DNA from: Candidatus Woesearchaeota archaeon
GTDB lineage: Archaea > Nanobdellota > Nanobdellia > Pacearchaeales > GW2011-AR1
NCBI GenBank assembly: GCA_964354195.1
Contig: CAYGYN010000076.1
Span: 1-42,114, forward strand
DNA: 42,114 nt
Direction of reading: 5' to 3'
Position 1 is the stretch's first letter, and every line of letters begins with the position of its first letter. Under the pieces are notes generated by a model. It was not told the DNA's origin, did no database searches, and saw nothing but the letters and a program-made list of their open reading frames with translations. A program made the translations under genes and the position numbers. Positions 41,315 to 42,114 of the stretch are shown one piece after another.

Positions 41315-42114
41315 ATGGCTGAATTATTCGAAAAAACAGGTGCGGCTGAAACAGATATTGACAAAGAGCTTGAGACAATTATCCAGAAGCATGCTGCCCG
41401 TGTCAAGGTTGTTGGATGCGGCGGAGGAGGAGGAAATTCTGTATCTCGCATGAAAGAAATTGGAATAAAAGGATGCGAGATTATTGCGATAAACACTGAT
41501 GCGCAGGATTTGCTGTACACAAATGCAGACCATAAGATTCTTATTGGAAGAGAGTTAACTCACGGGCTTGGAGCTGGCAGCAATCCAAAAGTGGGAGAAC
41601 AGGCTGCCCGAGAAAGCGAGCAGGAAATAAAGAAAAAATTGGGAGAGGTTGACATGGTTTTCATCACATGCGGGCTTGGAGGGGGAACAGGAACAGGCTC
41701 TGCGCCTGTTGTGGCTGATTTGGCAAAAAAACAGGGCGCTTTGACAATAGGTGTAGTAACTTTGCCATTTACAGTTGAGGGGCAAAAGAGATTGGAGAAT
41801 GCGCAGTATGGCTTGGAGAGATTAGCTTCATGCACAGACACATTGATTGTTATTCCAAATGATAAATTGCTTGAGATAGCCCCGGAGCTGCCGATTCACA
41901 CTGCTTTTAAGGTTGCTGATGAGATTTTGACTAATTCTGTAAAAGGAATTACAGAGCTTATCACAAAAGCAGGGCTTGTTAATCTGGATTTTGCAGATGT
42001 AAAGGCAGTAATGTCAAATGGCGGAGTCTCCCTTATTGGAATTGGAGAGTCTGACTCGAATGAAAGAGCAAGAGATGCTATTGATAAAGCAATAAAGAAT
42101 CCGCTTCTTGATGT
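41315..42114 (+). CDS. ftsZ: cell division GTPase FtsZ (3' end outside the window); absent from the ORF track
   Basis: Manual translation gives MAELFEKTG...[17 protein letters not shown]...INTDAQDL...GLGAGSNP...[15 protein letters not shown]...NDKLLEI. It includes the tubulin signature GGGTGTG, and the frame stays open to the window end. Confidence 0.92.
   Translation, partial: MAELFEKTGAAETDIDKELETIIQKHAARVKVVGCGGGGGNSVSRMKEIGIKGCEIIAINTDAQDLLYTNADHKILIGRELTHGLGAGSNPKVGEQAARESEQEIKKKLGEVDMVFITCGLGGGTGTGSAPVVADLAKKQGALTIGVVTLPFTVEGQKRLENAQYGLERLASCTDTLIVIPNDKLLEIAPELPIHTAFKVADEILTNSVKGITELITKAGLVNLDFADVKAVMSNGGVSLIGIGESDSNERARDAIDKAIKNPLLD

Noticed and set aside
41146-41841. Four minus-strand ORFs in the track (41146-41520, 41324-41533, 41555-41785, 41560-41841).
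   Set aside because: They are antisense to an unmistakable FtsZ reading frame. That frame is missing from the track only because it runs off the window end. Their translations are low-complexity with no motifs.
1-42114. Scan for CRISPR arrays, long direct repeats, rRNA genes, restriction-modification systems or other recognisable defence systems.
   Set aside because: I saw no regularly spaced repeats, no cas-like or nuclease/helicase defence-type ORFs and no rRNA-like sequence. The only methyltransferases are a glycan-island fragment and an Mtq2/HemK-like housekeeping enzyme.

Overview
The window is AT-rich (roughly 35-40% GC by eye), very gene-dense archaeal chromosomal DNA. It looks like a small-genome, DPANN-like archaeon, but that lineage call is an inference. 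All family calls come from motif recognition by eye, with no database search.

Many genes overlap by ATGA or sit 1-8 nt apart. TATA-like boxes lie about 22-30 nt upstream of many start codons, which suggests largely leaderless mRNAs.

Content by region:
(1) 1-17.8 kb is an N-glycosylation (agl) island. It holds the AglB/STT3 oligosaccharyltransferase (WWDYG motif), an AglH-like GlcNAc-1-P transferase, a Wzx/AglR-like flippase, a Dol-P-hexose synthase-like GT2, further GT2 and GT4 enzymes, a PMT/ArnT-like GT-C enzyme, WecB, an AlgD-like nucleotide-sugar dehydrogenase, a CE4 deacetylase and a partial methyltransferase. An opposite-strand three-gene cassette of unknown function interrupts it.
(2) 17.8-22.5 kb holds housekeeping genes: a SpoIIM-like membrane protein, an eIF-2B family protein, prefoldin alpha, an Mtq2/HemK-like methylase, RNase J and RNase P Pop5.
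(3) 22.6-32.5 kb is a cell-envelope island. It contains four translationally coupled type IV pilin-like genes, a divergent HTH regulator, a Methanococcales-type S-layer gene with a duplicated promoter and long leader, and two N-anchored Cys-containing proteins. It also contains an operon of a large glycoprotein with a C-terminal TM sorting signal, a minimal archaeosortase-like protein and a COG2426-like membrane protein.
(4) 32.7-42.1 kb holds SepF, prefoldin beta, RpoP, eL43, tRNA-Pro(UGG), uL11 with an unusual C-terminal extension, Spt5, five small mostly uncharacterised proteins, an M50 protease, eL40, aIF5A, an FKBP and a 3'-truncated FtsZ.

RpoP, eL40, the tRNA and FtsZ are absent from or masked in the supplied ORF track. 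I saw no CRISPR array, transposase, integrase or rRNA.

The best candidates for undescribed biology are the sortase/substrate operon, the orphan pilin-like tetrad, the uL11 extension and the unknown cassette inside the agl island.
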